In this document: piece by piece, positions 48,522 through 58,230 of the stretch
Numbering within the stretch: the first letter of the stretch is position 1
How the letters are laid out: every line of letters starts with the position of its first letter
From: Terrimicrobiaceae bacterium
Lineage (GTDB): Bacteria; Verrucomicrobiota; Verrucomicrobiia; Chthoniobacterales; Terrimicrobiaceae
DNA: 64,000 nucleotides
NCBI GenBank assembly: GCA_041752695.1
Contig: JBGSVZ010000092.1
Coordinates: 32,001 to 96,000, forward strand
Direction of reading: 5' to 3'
Notes under the pieces: model-generated
The model's input: only the letters and a program-made list of their open reading frames with translations
Database searches by the model: none
What the model was told of the DNA's origin: nothing
Program-made: the position numbers and the translations under genes

Positions 48522-49336
48522 AGCGCCAACGCATTATGCGGCTGGCGTTCGGGTTGCTCCTTGCGGGAATGATGGCGCTTTCCGCGGCGGAACGGCGCGA
48601 ACAGGCGTTCCGCGATGCGGTCTATGCCCGACCGGAAGGTGGCGCCTTAAAACTGGACCTTTATGTGCCCCAGAGGGATTCGCCGCCGCCGGTCATTGTT
48701 TGGTTTCACGGGGGCGGCTGGAAATTTGGGGACAAACGATATCGCCTGTTGATTCGGGATCTGACCCGAGAGGGTTTTGCGGTCGCCACGGTGGGATACC
48801 GGCTTTCGGGCCGCGCCAAATGGCCGGCTCAGCGAGAGGATGCTCAAACGGCCCTGCGGTGGTTGCGCTCCCACCAACGTTCGCTGGGGATCGACGCCAG
48901 CCGAATGGGACTTGCGGGCGATTCCGCCGGAGGCCATCTCGCGGCTCTGTTGGGACTGATGGAAGGCAAACCGCTAATCAAGGCGGTCTTGGCCATCTAT
49001 CCGCCCACGGATCTGGTTCTTCTTGCGGAGCACCACGGCAACCAATCCTCCAGCCTTCTGACGGAACTGTTGGGCGGTACCGTGAAGGAAAAATCGCGAG
49101 AGGCTTACGAGGCGGGACCGGTGAACTTTGTGGATGCCAAGGATCCTCCCTTCCTATTTCTGCATGGCGACAGCGACGAAGTGGTGCCTCTTAGCCAAAG
49201 TGAGGTGCTCCGCGACAAGCTGCGCAAGTTTGGCGTCCCGGCGGAATTGATCGTGGTTAAAAACCGGGGTCACGCGTTCCCTCTTGACCCATCACAACTT
49301 TCCACCGCGGCGGCGTTTTTTCGGAAGAATCTCTAA
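48518..49336 (+). CDS. Secreted alpha/beta hydrolase (esterase)
   Basis: HGGGW oxyanion motif, GDSAGGH nucleophile, HGDSDEVVP, GH. Confidence 0.88.
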   Translation: MKRQRIMRLAFGLLLAGMMALSAAERREQAFRDAVYARPEGGALKLDLYVPQRDSPPPVIVWFHGGGWKFGDKRYRLLIRDLTREGFAVATVGYRLSGRAKWPAQREDAQTALRWLRSHQRSLGIDASRMGLAGDSAGGHLAALLGLMEGKPLIKAVLAIYPPTDLVLLAEHHGNQSSSLLTELLGGTVKEKSREAYEAGPVNFVDAKDPPFLFLHGDSDEVVPLSQSEVLRDKLRKFGVPAELIVVKNRGHAFPLDPSQLSTAAAFFRKNL

Positions 49337-49350
49337 GCGGGCGGGAACAT

Positions 49351-49914
49351 TCAGTCCGCCTTTTTCATCACTCTCATCGAGACGCCAGCGGCCAGCACTC
49401 CGATGGGCTTGCCCTTGTCCGTCACCGGAACGGCGATTTGCACGGCGTGCGATCGGCTGGATTTATCGAATTCGGGCATTCCTTCCCACGTTTTTCCCTC
49501 CATTGGCTGATCAAACTTTGGTTCGCCCTTATGGATATAGGTGCTGGGCTTTGCCACAAAGGCAACTTTTTCCCCCTGAGCGCCGGACAGAAACGCCTCA
49601 GTGAAGATTCCCCCGCTGGCCGCCACCTTCTTGCCCAGGGCGATCCCCGCCGGGTTTTTTCGAAATGCTAACACCGTGGGATCGGTCGGCTTGAGAGACC
49701 GCCACTGGCGATTGGTCAGTCCGGGAATGGGTCCCTTGGCATTTTGCGATCTCACCGCCGCCACGATCGCCGGGTCCGCCGCCCATTTGAGCAGGGTGCG
49801 CTTCTGCGCGTCGAGTTGCGCGCGGATTTCGGGAGTGATGCGGGCGGCGGGATCCAGCGCCAAGGCCTGACCGACGACCGCCCAACTGAGACAAACAGCG
49901 AAAAAAAGTTTCAT
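49351..49914 (-). CDS. Stand-alone secreted Cache/PDC-like sensor-domain protein
   Basis: Signal peptide; DPAIVAAVRSQN, PEFDKSS...VQIAVPV.D.GKPIGVL pattern; no TM or output domain. Confidence 0.6.
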   Translation of the reverse strand: MKLFFAVCLSWAVVGQALALDPAARITPEIRAQLDAQKRTLLKWAADPAIVAAVRSQNAKGPIPGLTNRQWRSLKPTDPTVLAFRKNPAGIALGKKVAASGGIFTEAFLSGAQGEKVAFVAKPSTYIHKGEPKFDQPMEGKTWEGMPEFDKSSRSHAVQIAVPVTDKGKPIGVLAAGVSMRVMKKAD

Positions 49915-50007
49915 GGGGTTATCTAGAGCCTACTGCCTAGCGAACAATTTCAAAAGGCATAATTCGTGGGATGCGCGCAGGAATCCGGCCCGCTGCGATG
50001 CAGGAGC

Positions 50008-50706
50008 ATGCCGACTTTGAAGAATCTCGCATCCGATTTGTGGATGCTCACCTATCCCCTCAAAACCTTCGGCGTGGATCTCCAGCGCAATGTCACGGTC
50101 ATCCGGCTTGCTTCCGGCAATTTGATCATCCACTCGACAGCGCCGTTTTCCCTCGCAGACGTCGCCGCCATTCAGCTTCTTGGGAAACCGACCTGGCTCA
50201 TCGACACGCTTCTTCGGCACGACACTTTCGCATCCGAGGGGCGTAGGGCCTTCCCCTCCGCCACCTATCTGGCACCACCGGGTTTTTCAGTCAATCTACC
50301 CTTTCAGACGGATGCCCTTGTTCTTGCCCCACTGGAATGGGAGGGGGAAGTTGCCATAGTCTCCATTGAGGGTGCATCCAATTTTGGCGAAATTGCCCTT
50401 CTGCATCGCCCCTCCCGCACGCTCATCGTGGCCGATCTGATTTTTAATTTCCCCGGTCGTCACGGTTTGTGGACCGACTTCGTGCTTCATATGGCTTCCG
50501 TGGGAGGGCGGCACGACCCCGGAGTCACCGTGCCTTTCAAAAAAGCCATCACCAATCGGGCCGCTTATGTGGCTTCCGTGGAAAAAGTTCTTTCCTGGGA
50601 TTTCGACCGGATCGTCGTCGGCCATGGCGAACCGATCGAATCGGGCGGCAAAGCAAAACTTCGCGCAGCCATCGAGGCCGCCGGGTTCGAGGAATTTTCC
50701 GGTTAG
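50008..50706 (+). CDS. DUF4336 family protein (metallo-beta-lactamase-like fold)
   Basis: TVIRLASGNLIIHS, HRPSRTLIVADL, WDFDRIVVGHG. Confidence 0.75.
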   Translation: MPTLKNLASDLWMLTYPLKTFGVDLQRNVTVIRLASGNLIIHSTAPFSLADVAAIQLLGKPTWLIDTLLRHDTFASEGRRAFPSATYLAPPGFSVNLPFQTDALVLAPLEWEGEVAIVSIEGASNFGEIALLHRPSRTLIVADLIFNFPGRHGLWTDFVLHMASVGGRHDPGVTVPFKKAITNRAAYVASVEKVLSWDFDRIVVGHGEPIESGGKAKLRAAIEAAGFEEFSG

Positions 50707-51965
50707 CGGCTGGATTCCAGCCGGAACAACATTTCGCCCGCCTTGGGCACATAAAGGATGCCTTCGTCCTCTCGATCCCTGTAGTCGGCTGGGTTGATGG
50801 TGGCAGGATCCCGGTAGCCGAGGTTAATTTCCCGGCAGACCGATTCCGGGATTCCCGTGGCCAAGGTCACTTGGATGCGGCATTTCTCGACGCCGTCCTC
50901 AAAGACCCCCATACCTCGGACGTGGGTCGAGTGCGCCAGCACGCCCCACGGGTAGTCTTTGAATCGTTCCCACTGCTTCAAAAAGTAATCCCGGCAGTGG
51001 TAGCCAAGTTCACGAATGAGCTTTCCATGGATCACGCTGATTTCGTGAATGTGGGGCGCGTAAATAATCAGCTCGCCGCCGTCCGCCACCACGGGTTCGA
51101 GTTTGTACATACATTTGCCGCCGACCCAAAGTTCATCATACATCGCGGGCGCGCACGATAGGACCGTCTGAAAGGGCTTGGCTTGGTATGTGATGTGCAG
51201 TCGGTCGGAAAGGTCGCTGGCGGCGTCCCAGGCTTGTTCCGGCGTGCCGGCGTAAATTCCGGCGAAGTTTTTTCCGTCGACCACCAGGCAAAAACATAGT
51301 TTCTCGATGGGCACCAGCTGCGCCGCACGATCCACCACCTTGCGCACCGGCGTCCACTTGTTGCCGATGATGAGCGGGTTGGTGATGACGGCTCCGAGCC
51401 AGTGGAAAAAATTCAAAATGTCGGGGCCGGCCACTCCGGGGAAAAGGTATTTGTTTCCCCCGGAAAATCCCACCACCTCATGCGGGAAGACTGGACCTAT
51501 GATGATGAGACGGTCGTAGTCGAAGAGGTGTTTGTTGATCGAAACCGGCACGTCCATCGCGAAGAGCCCGTCGGACAGTTCGCTAATATCCGCCGCGGGA
51601 ATGTGCCCGAGCGATCGCAGAGCCTCCGGGTTGTCCCACTCGTGATTGAGCAGGCGGGGCGCGGCAAACTCGCCCGCGCGTTCGGCTGCGGAAAGCTCCA
51701 GTCGTTCGCAGATGGCTTCCTCCGTCATGGGGGGATGCGTGCCCAGTGCGACCATCACATCCACCGCAGCGCATTGGGCGGCGATGGCCCGATGCAGGGT
51801 CTTAAACACAGGACCAATAGGTGCCGTACGAGTGGAGTCCGGCACGATGAGGAGAATCCTTTTTCCCGTCCAATCCTGACTCGCCGCAAATTCGGACACC
51901 GCGGATTGAATTTGTTCCGGGCTTAGGCTCTGTCCGGTAGGGGCGATTTGGGAAATAACTTTCAT
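50703..51965 (-). CDS. LarA (lactate racemase) superfamily protein, probable sugar-acid 2-epimerase
   Basis: IVPDSTRT, ALGTHPPM, PHEVVGFSGGNK; immediately downstream of a mannonate-oxidoreductase-like SDR. Confidence 0.8.
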   Translation of the reverse strand: MKVISQIAPTGQSLSPEQIQSAVSEFAASQDWTGKRILLIVPDSTRTAPIGPVFKTLHRAIAAQCAAVDVMVALGTHPPMTEEAICERLELSAAERAGEFAAPRLLNHEWDNPEALRSLGHIPAADISELSDGLFAMDVPVSINKHLFDYDRLIIIGPVFPHEVVGFSGGNKYLFPGVAGPDILNFFHWLGAVITNPLIIGNKWTPVRKVVDRAAQLVPIEKLCFCLVVDGKNFAGIYAGTPEQAWDAASDLSDRLHITYQAKPFQTVLSCAPAMYDELWVGGKCMYKLEPVVADGGELIIYAPHIHEISVIHGKLIRELGYHCRDYFLKQWERFKDYPWGVLAHSTHVRGMGVFEDGVEKCRIQVTLATGIPESVCREINLGYRDPATINPADYRDREDEGILYVPKAGEMLFRLESSR

Positions 51966-51980
51966 GGGATGCGGCAGAAA

Positions 51981-52013
51981 TTAACCACGGATGAAACGGA
52001 TTGGCACGGATGG
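51981..52013. repeat. Short ACGGAT-core tandem repeat
   Basis: TTAAC-CACGGATGA-AACGGATTGG-CACGGATGG between the SDR and LarA-like genes. Confidence 0.5.
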
Positions 52014-52025
52014 AGAAACGCCATC

Positions 52026-52838
52026 CTAGATGGTTTGCGAAAGAAATCCCCCGTCCACGCGGATGTCCGTGCCGGTGATAAAGCTGCTGGCTTTGTCACT
52101 GGCCAGAAAAACTGTGGCCCCGGCTAATTCGTGGGCCTGACCGAACCGTCCCATCGGGGTGTGGCCGAGAATCGACGCGGCCCGGGGAGTGGGGGAGCCG
52201 TCGTCGTTGAAGAGAAGGCGGCGGTTTTGTTCGGCCGGAAAAAATCCCGGTGTGATCGTATTCACCCGCACGCCCTTCGGAGCCCACTCGCGGGCAAGGA
52301 AGAGGGTGAGGTTCAGCACGGCAGCCTTGGCGGCTGAATAGGCTACGACACGGGACAGGGGCAGATGCGCGGAAACGCTGGCGATGTTGATGATGCTTCC
52401 GCGGCCGACCGCAAACATGGCCGGTCCGAATTCCTGGCAGGGCAGAAGCAGTCCTCCCACCAAATTGAGGTCGAAACTTTTCGCCCAATCCTCCGCCGTG
52501 ATGTTCTCAAAAGAATTCTCCGGAGTCACGGTCACCTTGGGATCATTGCCCCCGGCGGCATTGACCAACACGCTTGTTGCGCCGAATTTTGCGGCCACGG
52601 CCTCCCGCAATCCCCGCAGACTGTCCCGGGACGAAGCGTCCACCTCGAAAAATTCCGCGGTGCCGCCGGTTTCGCGGATGGCGGCACACCGGGCCTCACC
52701 CCGCTCGCGGCTGCGTCCGGCGACGGCCACTTTTGCTCCGGCGGCCGCCAAGGCTTCCGCCATTCCACCGCCCAGCACACCTGTGCCGCCGATCACGGTG
52801 GCGACGGCATCAGAAAGATCGAAAAGTTGATTTGTCAT
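52026..52838 (-). CDS. SDR oxidoreductase, D-mannonate oxidoreductase (UxuB-like) type
   Basis: GGTGVLG, NAAGGN, YSAAKAA, PGFFPAEQNR, HTPMGRFG. Confidence 0.8.
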   Translation of the reverse strand: MTNQLFDLSDAVATVIGGTGVLGGGMAEALAAAGAKVAVAGRSRERGEARCAAIRETGGTAEFFEVDASSRDSLRGLREAVAAKFGATSVLVNAAGGNDPKVTVTPENSFENITAEDWAKSFDLNLVGGLLLPCQEFGPAMFAVGRGSIINIASVSAHLPLSRVVAYSAAKAAVLNLTLFLAREWAPKGVRVNTITPGFFPAEQNRRLLFNDDGSPTPRAASILGHTPMGRFGQAHELAGATVFLASDKASSFITGTDIRVDGGFLSQTI

Positions 52839-52905
52839 GGGACCCATCATTCAATGGCTCCCAGATCGCGGCGTCAATCTTTGGTGCCGCGGCGCGGAAG
52901 GCGTC

Positions 52906-55200
52906 TCAGAGTTGTTTCTCTGCGGTCAACTGGTGAACCCCCGGCCCCAATTCCCCGCCGTCCCAAGCAAACCCCTTCGGTGCGGAAAACCGGCCTCTCG
53001 ACCCCTCGGGCACGGTGAGTTCCACCTCGAGCGAGCTGTCTTTCAGTTCCCAACTAATCCCCGCCTCGCCGCGGGGCGTTTGCAGGTGGGCGGAAGCATG
53101 GGTGAGCGTGCCGCCGGGCCGTGGGCGGAAAATCACCGTCCTGTACCCGGGATCAGCCGGGTCGAGTTCCAGCCCCGCCACCGTGCGGTACATCCACGCC
53201 CCCACGGCTCCGTAGGCGTAGTGATTGAAAGAGTTCATCCCGTGGTCCTGGAAGCCTTTTTCCGGTGTCCAGCCATCCCAGCGTTCCCAGATCGTCGTCG
53301 CGCCGTTTTTGATCGGAAAAATCCAGGAGGGAAACGTCTCCTGTTCCAGGAGTTTGTAGGCAATTTCGAGATGTCCGTGCGCTTCCAGCACGTCCAGCAC
53401 ATAAGGCGTTCCCACAAACCCGGTCGCGAGATGGAACCCGCGTTCCTCCACATGGCGGGCGAGTGCTCCCGCCACGGTGGCGGTCAGGTCCGGCGGGACC
53501 AGGTTAAAATGCAGCGCCAGCACTGCGGCGGTCTGCGTTCCGGCCGTCAGCAAACCATCCGCCGTCAAAAAGCGTTTCTGAAACGCGGCGACCACTTTTC
53601 CATGCAGGTCACGGTATGCCGCGGCATCGTCCGCGTGCCCGAGCACGGTGGCGATCTTGGCCAGCAGCTCCGCGTCGTAGGCCAGGAACGCCGTCCCGAT
53701 CAGGTCCTTGGGCGTGATTCCCTCCAACACGCCGCTGCCGTCCAGCGCCAGCCAGTCGCCGTATCCTCCCCATTCCGTGAGGTCGGGATGGGAGCGGATG
53801 AGGTCCTTGCTCCGGTGCTGAACCAGAAAATCGAGGTAGCGTTTCATGCTCTCGTAGTGGTCGGCCAGGATTGTCGTGTCCCCGTAACACAGGTAGATGG
53901 TCCAGGGGCAAATGATCGTGGCGTCGGACCACGCCGGCCCGCCATCCTCGCGGCCGGGGATAAAATTTTCGTTCGGAACGACGGAGGGGACACCCCCGCG
54001 GGACGTCTGCGCATCCCGGACGTCGCGCATCCATTTGTGAAAAAACCCCCGCACATCCATGTTGAAGCATGCCGTCCGCACAAACACCTGGGCGTCGCCC
54101 GTCCAGCCGAGGCGCTCGTCCCGCTGCGGGCAGTCGGTCGGGACTTCCAGAAAATTGCTTTTCTGTCCCCAGACAATGTTTTGCTGAAGCTGATTGAGAA
54201 GCGGGTTTGAGCAGTGGAACTCCCCGGTTGGTGGCGTGTCGGAGTGCAGCACGATGCCTGTGATTTCCAGCGCCGCGTCCGGCCCGAGTCGTGAAGTTTC
54301 CGCCTCGACATAGCGGAACCCGTGGAAGGTGAAACGGGGTTCCCAGCACTCTGCCGCCCCGCCCTTGCACGTGTAATAGTCGGTGCAGCGTGCGCCGCGC
54401 AGATTTTCGATGTAAAGCGTGCCGTTGGGATTCAGCACCTCTGCGTAGCGAAACCGCACCACGGCGCCGCGGGGTGCCGTGACCGTGATCCGGATGCGGC
54501 CGGAAAAATTTTGTCCGAAGTCATAGATGCGGTGGTTCTGCTGCCAGACCGGACCGTCTTTGATCAGGGTAGGGGAGATCTCTCCGAGGCGTCGGACGCC
54601 CGGCCCGAGGGACGCGGAAAGTTCCGGTTCGTTTTCGGGCGTAAAAGGAAGGGATGCCCCCCAATTTTCCCCGGAAAATCCGGGCGAAGACCACCCGGTT
54701 GGCTCTGCCCGGGCATCGTAGTCCTCGCCCATCAGAAAGTCACTTTGGGCGATGGCCCCCGGCGCGGTTCGCCAGGTCGGATCGGTCAGGATGGTCGTGG
54801 TCGAGCCATCGACAAACCGGATCTCCAAAGCGGCTCGCAGCGCCGGCCGGTTGCCATAAACCCGCCGCCCTTTCCAAGCGATGTGGCCACAATACCAGCC
54901 GTCTCCCAGGATCGCGCCCAGCACGTTTTCGCCGGGTTGAAGAAGGGTGGTAACGTCATACGTCTGCACCTGCACGCGCTTCCCGTAGTTCGTCCATCCC
55001 GGAGCAAAGATCCGGTCGCCCACCGGCTGTCCGTTGACCTCCGCCTCATACAGTCCAAGGGCCGTGATGTGCAGGGTGGCTTGGGCGACGGGGCTAGGCA
55101 GAAAAAATTCTTTGCGAAAATAGGGGGCAGGGGCGCTGCAATCCGCCCCGCCGCTGAAGCGGGAAGAAATCCACTGGGCGAGGGCAATAGAGGGAATCAT
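52906..55200 (-). CDS. GH78 alpha-L-rhamnosidase
   Basis: TALGLYE, DFGQNFSG, FTFHGFRY, PTDCPQRDERLGWTGD, ATTIWERW, MNSFNHY. Confidence 0.93.
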   Translation of the reverse strand: MIPSIALAQWISSRFSGGADCSAPAPYFRKEFFLPSPVAQATLHITALGLYEAEVNGQPVGDRIFAPGWTNYGKRVQVQTYDVTTLLQPGENVLGAILGDGWYCGHIAWKGRRVYGNRPALRAALEIRFVDGSTTTILTDPTWRTAPGAIAQSDFLMGEDYDARAEPTGWSSPGFSGENWGASLPFTPENEPELSASLGPGVRRLGEISPTLIKDGPVWQQNHRIYDFGQNFSGRIRITVTAPRGAVVRFRYAEVLNPNGTLYIENLRGARCTDYYTCKGGAAECWEPRFTFHGFRYVEAETSRLGPDAALEITGIVLHSDTPPTGEFHCSNPLLNQLQQNIVWGQKSNFLEVPTDCPQRDERLGWTGDAQVFVRTACFNMDVRGFFHKWMRDVRDAQTSRGGVPSVVPNENFIPGREDGGPAWSDATIICPWTIYLCYGDTTILADHYESMKRYLDFLVQHRSKDLIRSHPDLTEWGGYGDWLALDGSGVLEGITPKDLIGTAFLAYDAELLAKIATVLGHADDAAAYRDLHGKVVAAFQKRFLTADGLLTAGTQTAAVLALHFNLVPPDLTATVAGALARHVEERGFHLATGFVGTPYVLDVLEAHGHLEIAYKLLEQETFPSWIFPIKNGATTIWERWDGWTPEKGFQDHGMNSFNHYAYGAVGAWMYRTVAGLELDPADPGYRTVIFRPRPGGTLTHASAHLQTPRGEAGISWELKDSSLEVELTVPEGSRGRFSAPKGFAWDGGELGPGVHQLTAEKQL

Positions 55201-55206
55201 TCGGGC

Positions 55207-55270
55207 AGACTACCAGAACCGAATCGGCGATTCCTTGAAAATACCGCCAAAAACCAGCACGATCCCGCCA
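55207..55270 (-). promoter_or_regulatory. AraC direct-repeat operator and extended -10 of the GH78 gene (leaderless)
   Basis: Minus strand TGGCGGGATCGTGCTG-N5-TGGCGGTATTTTCAAG (21-bp period), then TGgTAGTCT with 6 nt to the ATG at 55200. Confidence 0.6.
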
Positions 55271-55272
55271 CC

Positions 55273-56190
55273 ATGAAAACCGCGGTCATTCCTCCCCATC
55301 ATTTTCTGCATCCCCGGGCGCAGGTGGCGGTTCGCCGGGAACCTGCGCAGTGTGAAATGCGATCGCACCGCCATGAGTTTATTGAAATTGTCTTCATTCT
55401 TGGCGGGAAGGGCCAGCACGTCACCGGGGACGTCCGGCACGAGGTCGGTGCGGGTGATGTTTTTGTCATCAACAACCGCCGTAGTCATGGATACGAACAG
55501 ACGCGGGGATTGCATCTGCTCAACCTTCTGGTGCGCGACGACGCACTGGGTGAGGCCCGGCAGGAACTTGGCTTTCTCCCCGGCTTTCATGCTCTTTTTA
55601 CCTTGGAACCCGTCCGCTGGCGGCGGCGCGATTTTACCGCCCGACTCCGCCTGACGCCGCGCGAAATGCGGACGGTGGCTGTCTGGCTCGACGCTCTGGA
55701 GGCCGAGTCCACCCGCGATAAGGATGGGGGCCGATTCCTCGCCCGGAGTTGGTTGATGCTCGTCATCGGGTTTCTGGCCCGGTGTCATGGCGACCGTCCG
55801 GAGCGCTCCGGGGAAACCGACGGTCGTCTGGCCCGGTTGCTTTCCCGCCTCGATGGCAGGCCTGAAAGTGAATACCTCCTGGAGGATCTGGCGAGGGAGG
55901 CGGGGATGTCCGAGAGGTCGTTTCTCCGCCATTTCCGGGAAGTAACGGGGTGTTCTCCCGCCGACTATGTGATCCGCGCGCGCATCGGCAAGGCCGTGCA
56001 TCTGCTGGACGAGGAGGATCATCGCGTTCCCATCACGGAAATCGCCTTTCGGTGCGGATTTGCCGACAGCAACTATTTCGCGAGGCAGTTCCGGCGTGTC
56101 ACGGGAACTTCACCCCGCCTCCACCGGGCGGCGAATGGGCGGATCCGTGCCTCCCGCCCTTCGCGGGATTTGGGGGAAATCCGGACGTAA
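55273..56190 (+). CDS. AraC family regulator (RhaR/RhaS-like)
   Basis: HRHEFIEIV cupin domain; LAREAGMSERSFLRHF and ITEIAFRCGFADSNYFARQF; divergent from GH78. Confidence 0.9.
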   Translation: MKTAVIPPHHFLHPRAQVAVRREPAQCEMRSHRHEFIEIVFILGGKGQHVTGDVRHEVGAGDVFVINNRRSHGYEQTRGLHLLNLLVRDDALGEARQELGFLPGFHALFTLEPVRWRRRDFTARLRLTPREMRTVAVWLDALEAESTRDKDGGRFLARSWLMLVIGFLARCHGDRPERSGETDGRLARLLSRLDGRPESEYLLEDLAREAGMSERSFLRHFREVTGCSPADYVIRARIGKAVHLLDEEDHRVPITEIAFRCGFADSNYFARQFRRVTGTSPRLHRAANGRIRASRPSRDLGEIRT

Positions 56191-56323
56191 TGCACCGAAC
56201 CGCGTGCGCGATTGCCCCACGGGAGGGCTGTCCGGCATTTCACGTTGGGGGTGATGACGCCGGACAAACGATTTTCAGATTTTCGTGTGACATTCCCGGT
56301 TCGTGCTATTGTCACGTGCTCTC

Positions 56324-56635
56324 GTGAATTCCAAACCAACCATCGACCGCTCGCTTCTTCATCCTGAATCCAACAAGGCCCTGGCCATGGACGCGGAGGG
56401 GAAGTGGCTGAGCTATTCCGAAGTTCCCGTGGCGGACGAGGTTGGCTGGCTCAAGCCCTCGGTGGATACGGTCTGTTTTCGGATCCCCGAATCCCGGGCG
56501 CCAAACTGGAAGGGTGACTGGCGTCAGTCTTTGGTGGTGTTCGAGGAAGTGGAGGCCCCCGGCCGTCGGGTGGTGCCTCAACAACCCGTCCGCAAGTTTG
56601 GCTGGGGCCGGGCGAAATCGGCTTCGGCGGCTTAA
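56324..56635 (+). CDS. Small hypothetical protein
   Basis: ORF fills the gap before opgG; AMDAEGKW..Y...P and WKGDWRQSL; start uncertain. Confidence 0.5.
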   Translation: MNSKPTIDRSLLHPESNKALAMDAEGKWLSYSEVPVADEVGWLKPSVDTVCFRIPESRAPNWKGDWRQSLVVFEEVEAPGRRVVPQQPVRKFGWGRAKSASAA

Positions 56636-56718
56636 GCGTTCATCCGGCGGCGGGTGTTGCATTTTTTTCGGCTCGACCCATCCTCCCGGAGCTGGCTTCC
56701 GTATGAAGGGATAGGGAT

Positions 56719-58230
56719 ATGAAGACGCATTTGGTATTTGGGCTGTTGACCGCTCTGCTCCTGGTCATTGTGATCGGCAGCCGCCGGGGAGATGCGTTTG
56801 GGTTTGAGGACGTGGTGGTGATCGCCGAGAGGATGGCGCGGGAGAATTATATGTCCGCGGTGCCCACGTTGCCGAAGTCGTTGCGCGAGCTGAATTATGA
56901 TCAGCTGCGCGACATCCGGTGGAAAAACGAACGAACCCTTTGGCGACGGGAGGGGTTGCCGTTCCAGGCGCGCTTTTATCACCTGGGTTCGATGAGCGAT
57001 CGGCCGGTGCAAATTTACGTCCTGCCGGACAGTCCCACGGAACCCCTGCGCTATTCGCAGGACTTTTTTGATTTTGGCAAAAATGAGATCATCGAAAAAT
57101 TTCCCCCAACGCTCGGATACGCCGGCTTTCGGATTCACCATCCCCTGAACAAGCCCGATGTGCTGGATGAATTGGTCTCGTTTCTCGGCGCGTCGTATTT
57201 TCGCGCCCTGCCCAAAGATCTTCAGTATGGCGCGAGTGCCAGGGGACTGGCGATCGACACGGAAGTTAAAAAACGGAAAGAGGAGTTTCCGGTCTTTACA
57301 AAATTCTGGCTGAAACGGCCGGACCGCTCCGCGAGGCAGTTGACAATTTACGCGCTCCTGGAGGGATTGAGTGTGACGGGAGCCTATCAGTTTGAGGTGC
57401 AGCCAGGGGTCGAGACCCGCATGGCGGTGAAGGCCGTTTTGTTTTTCCGCAAGAAATTGGACGAAGTGGGCTATGCGCCGCTGACGAGCATGTTTTGGTT
57501 TGGGGAAAACACGAGCAACACCTTTGGGGATTTTCGGCCGGAGGTGCATGATTCCGACGGGCTTCTGATGCACCGGAGTTCGGGCGAGTGGGTGTGGCGT
57601 CCACTGGCGTGGGCGAGGCAGCTTCAAGTCAATGTCTTCGCCGACGATCATCCCAAAGGCTTCGGGCTGATGCAGCGGGATCGGGATTTTAACCACTATC
57701 AGGATCTGGAGGCGGTGTATCACAAACGCCCCAGCATCTGGGTGCAGCCGCAGTGGGGCTTCGACAAGGGGGCGGTGCGGTTGGTGCAACTTCCGACGAA
57801 GGATGAATACATGGACAACGTGGTGGCCTTCTGGACTCCCGCCGATCCGCCCCCGCTGCTCCAGCCAGTCCGGGTGGAATACACCCTGCGTTGGATCAAC
57901 GAGGCCGACGATCTGCCACCGGTTGGCCGGGTGCTCTCAACGCGGGTGGACGATCAGGATAAACCGTATTACCGGCATTTTTTCATCGAGTTCTCGTCGG
58001 CCCCAAACGCCCCCTGGAAGCCCGAGGAGATCCCCACGGTGGATTGCGCATCGTCCACCGGCGCGACGATTTCGGAACTCAAGCCGGAGTGGAACGACTT
58101 TAATAAAACCTGGCGGGTGAGTTTTTATGCGAGCACGCCGGAAAGTAACAAACCGCATGAACTGACCTGCCGTCTTTTGGCCGGGGAAAAAGCCGTCACG
58201 GAAACCTGGAGCTACACATGGATGCCTTAG
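56719..58230 (+). CDS. opgG: Periplasmic glucan biosynthesis protein G/D
   Basis: SFLGASYFR, YGASARGLAIDT, EEFP.F, DFRPEVHDSDGL, GFGLMQRDRDF, DNVVAFW. Confidence 0.92.
   Translation: MKTHLVFGLLTALLLVIVIGSRRGDAFGFEDVVVIAERMARENYMSAVPTLPKSLRELNYDQLRDIRWKNERTLWRREGLPFQARFYHLGSMSDRPVQIYVLPDSPTEPLRYSQDFFDFGKNEIIEKFPPTLGYAGFRIHHPLNKPDVLDELVSFLGASYFRALPKDLQYGASARGLAIDTEVKKRKEEFPVFTKFWLKRPDRSARQLTIYALLEGLSVTGAYQFEVQPGVETRMAVKAVLFFRKKLDEVGYAPLTSMFWFGENTSNTFGDFRPEVHDSDGLLMHRSSGEWVWRPLAWARQLQVNVFADDHPKGFGLMQRDRDFNHYQDLEAVYHKRPSIWVQPQWGFDKGAVRLVQLPTKDEYMDNVVAFWTPADPPPLLQPVRVEYTLRWINEADDLPPVGRVLSTRVDDQDKPYYRHFFIEFSSAPNAPWKPEEIPTVDCASSTGATISELKPEWNDFNKTWRVSFYASTPESNKPHELTCRLLAGEKAVTETWSYTWMP

Noticed and set aside
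54322..55272. Apparent 622-aa AraC protein, a possible second large fusion
   Set aside because: The N-terminal part is antisense to the GH78 gene. The real AraC begins at 55273, unlike the genuine GH1-AraC fusion.
56287..56315. GTGACA-N17-TGTCAC inverted repeat before the small ORF
   Set aside because: Only 6-bp arms, a single occurrence and no matching promoter spacing; could be chance.
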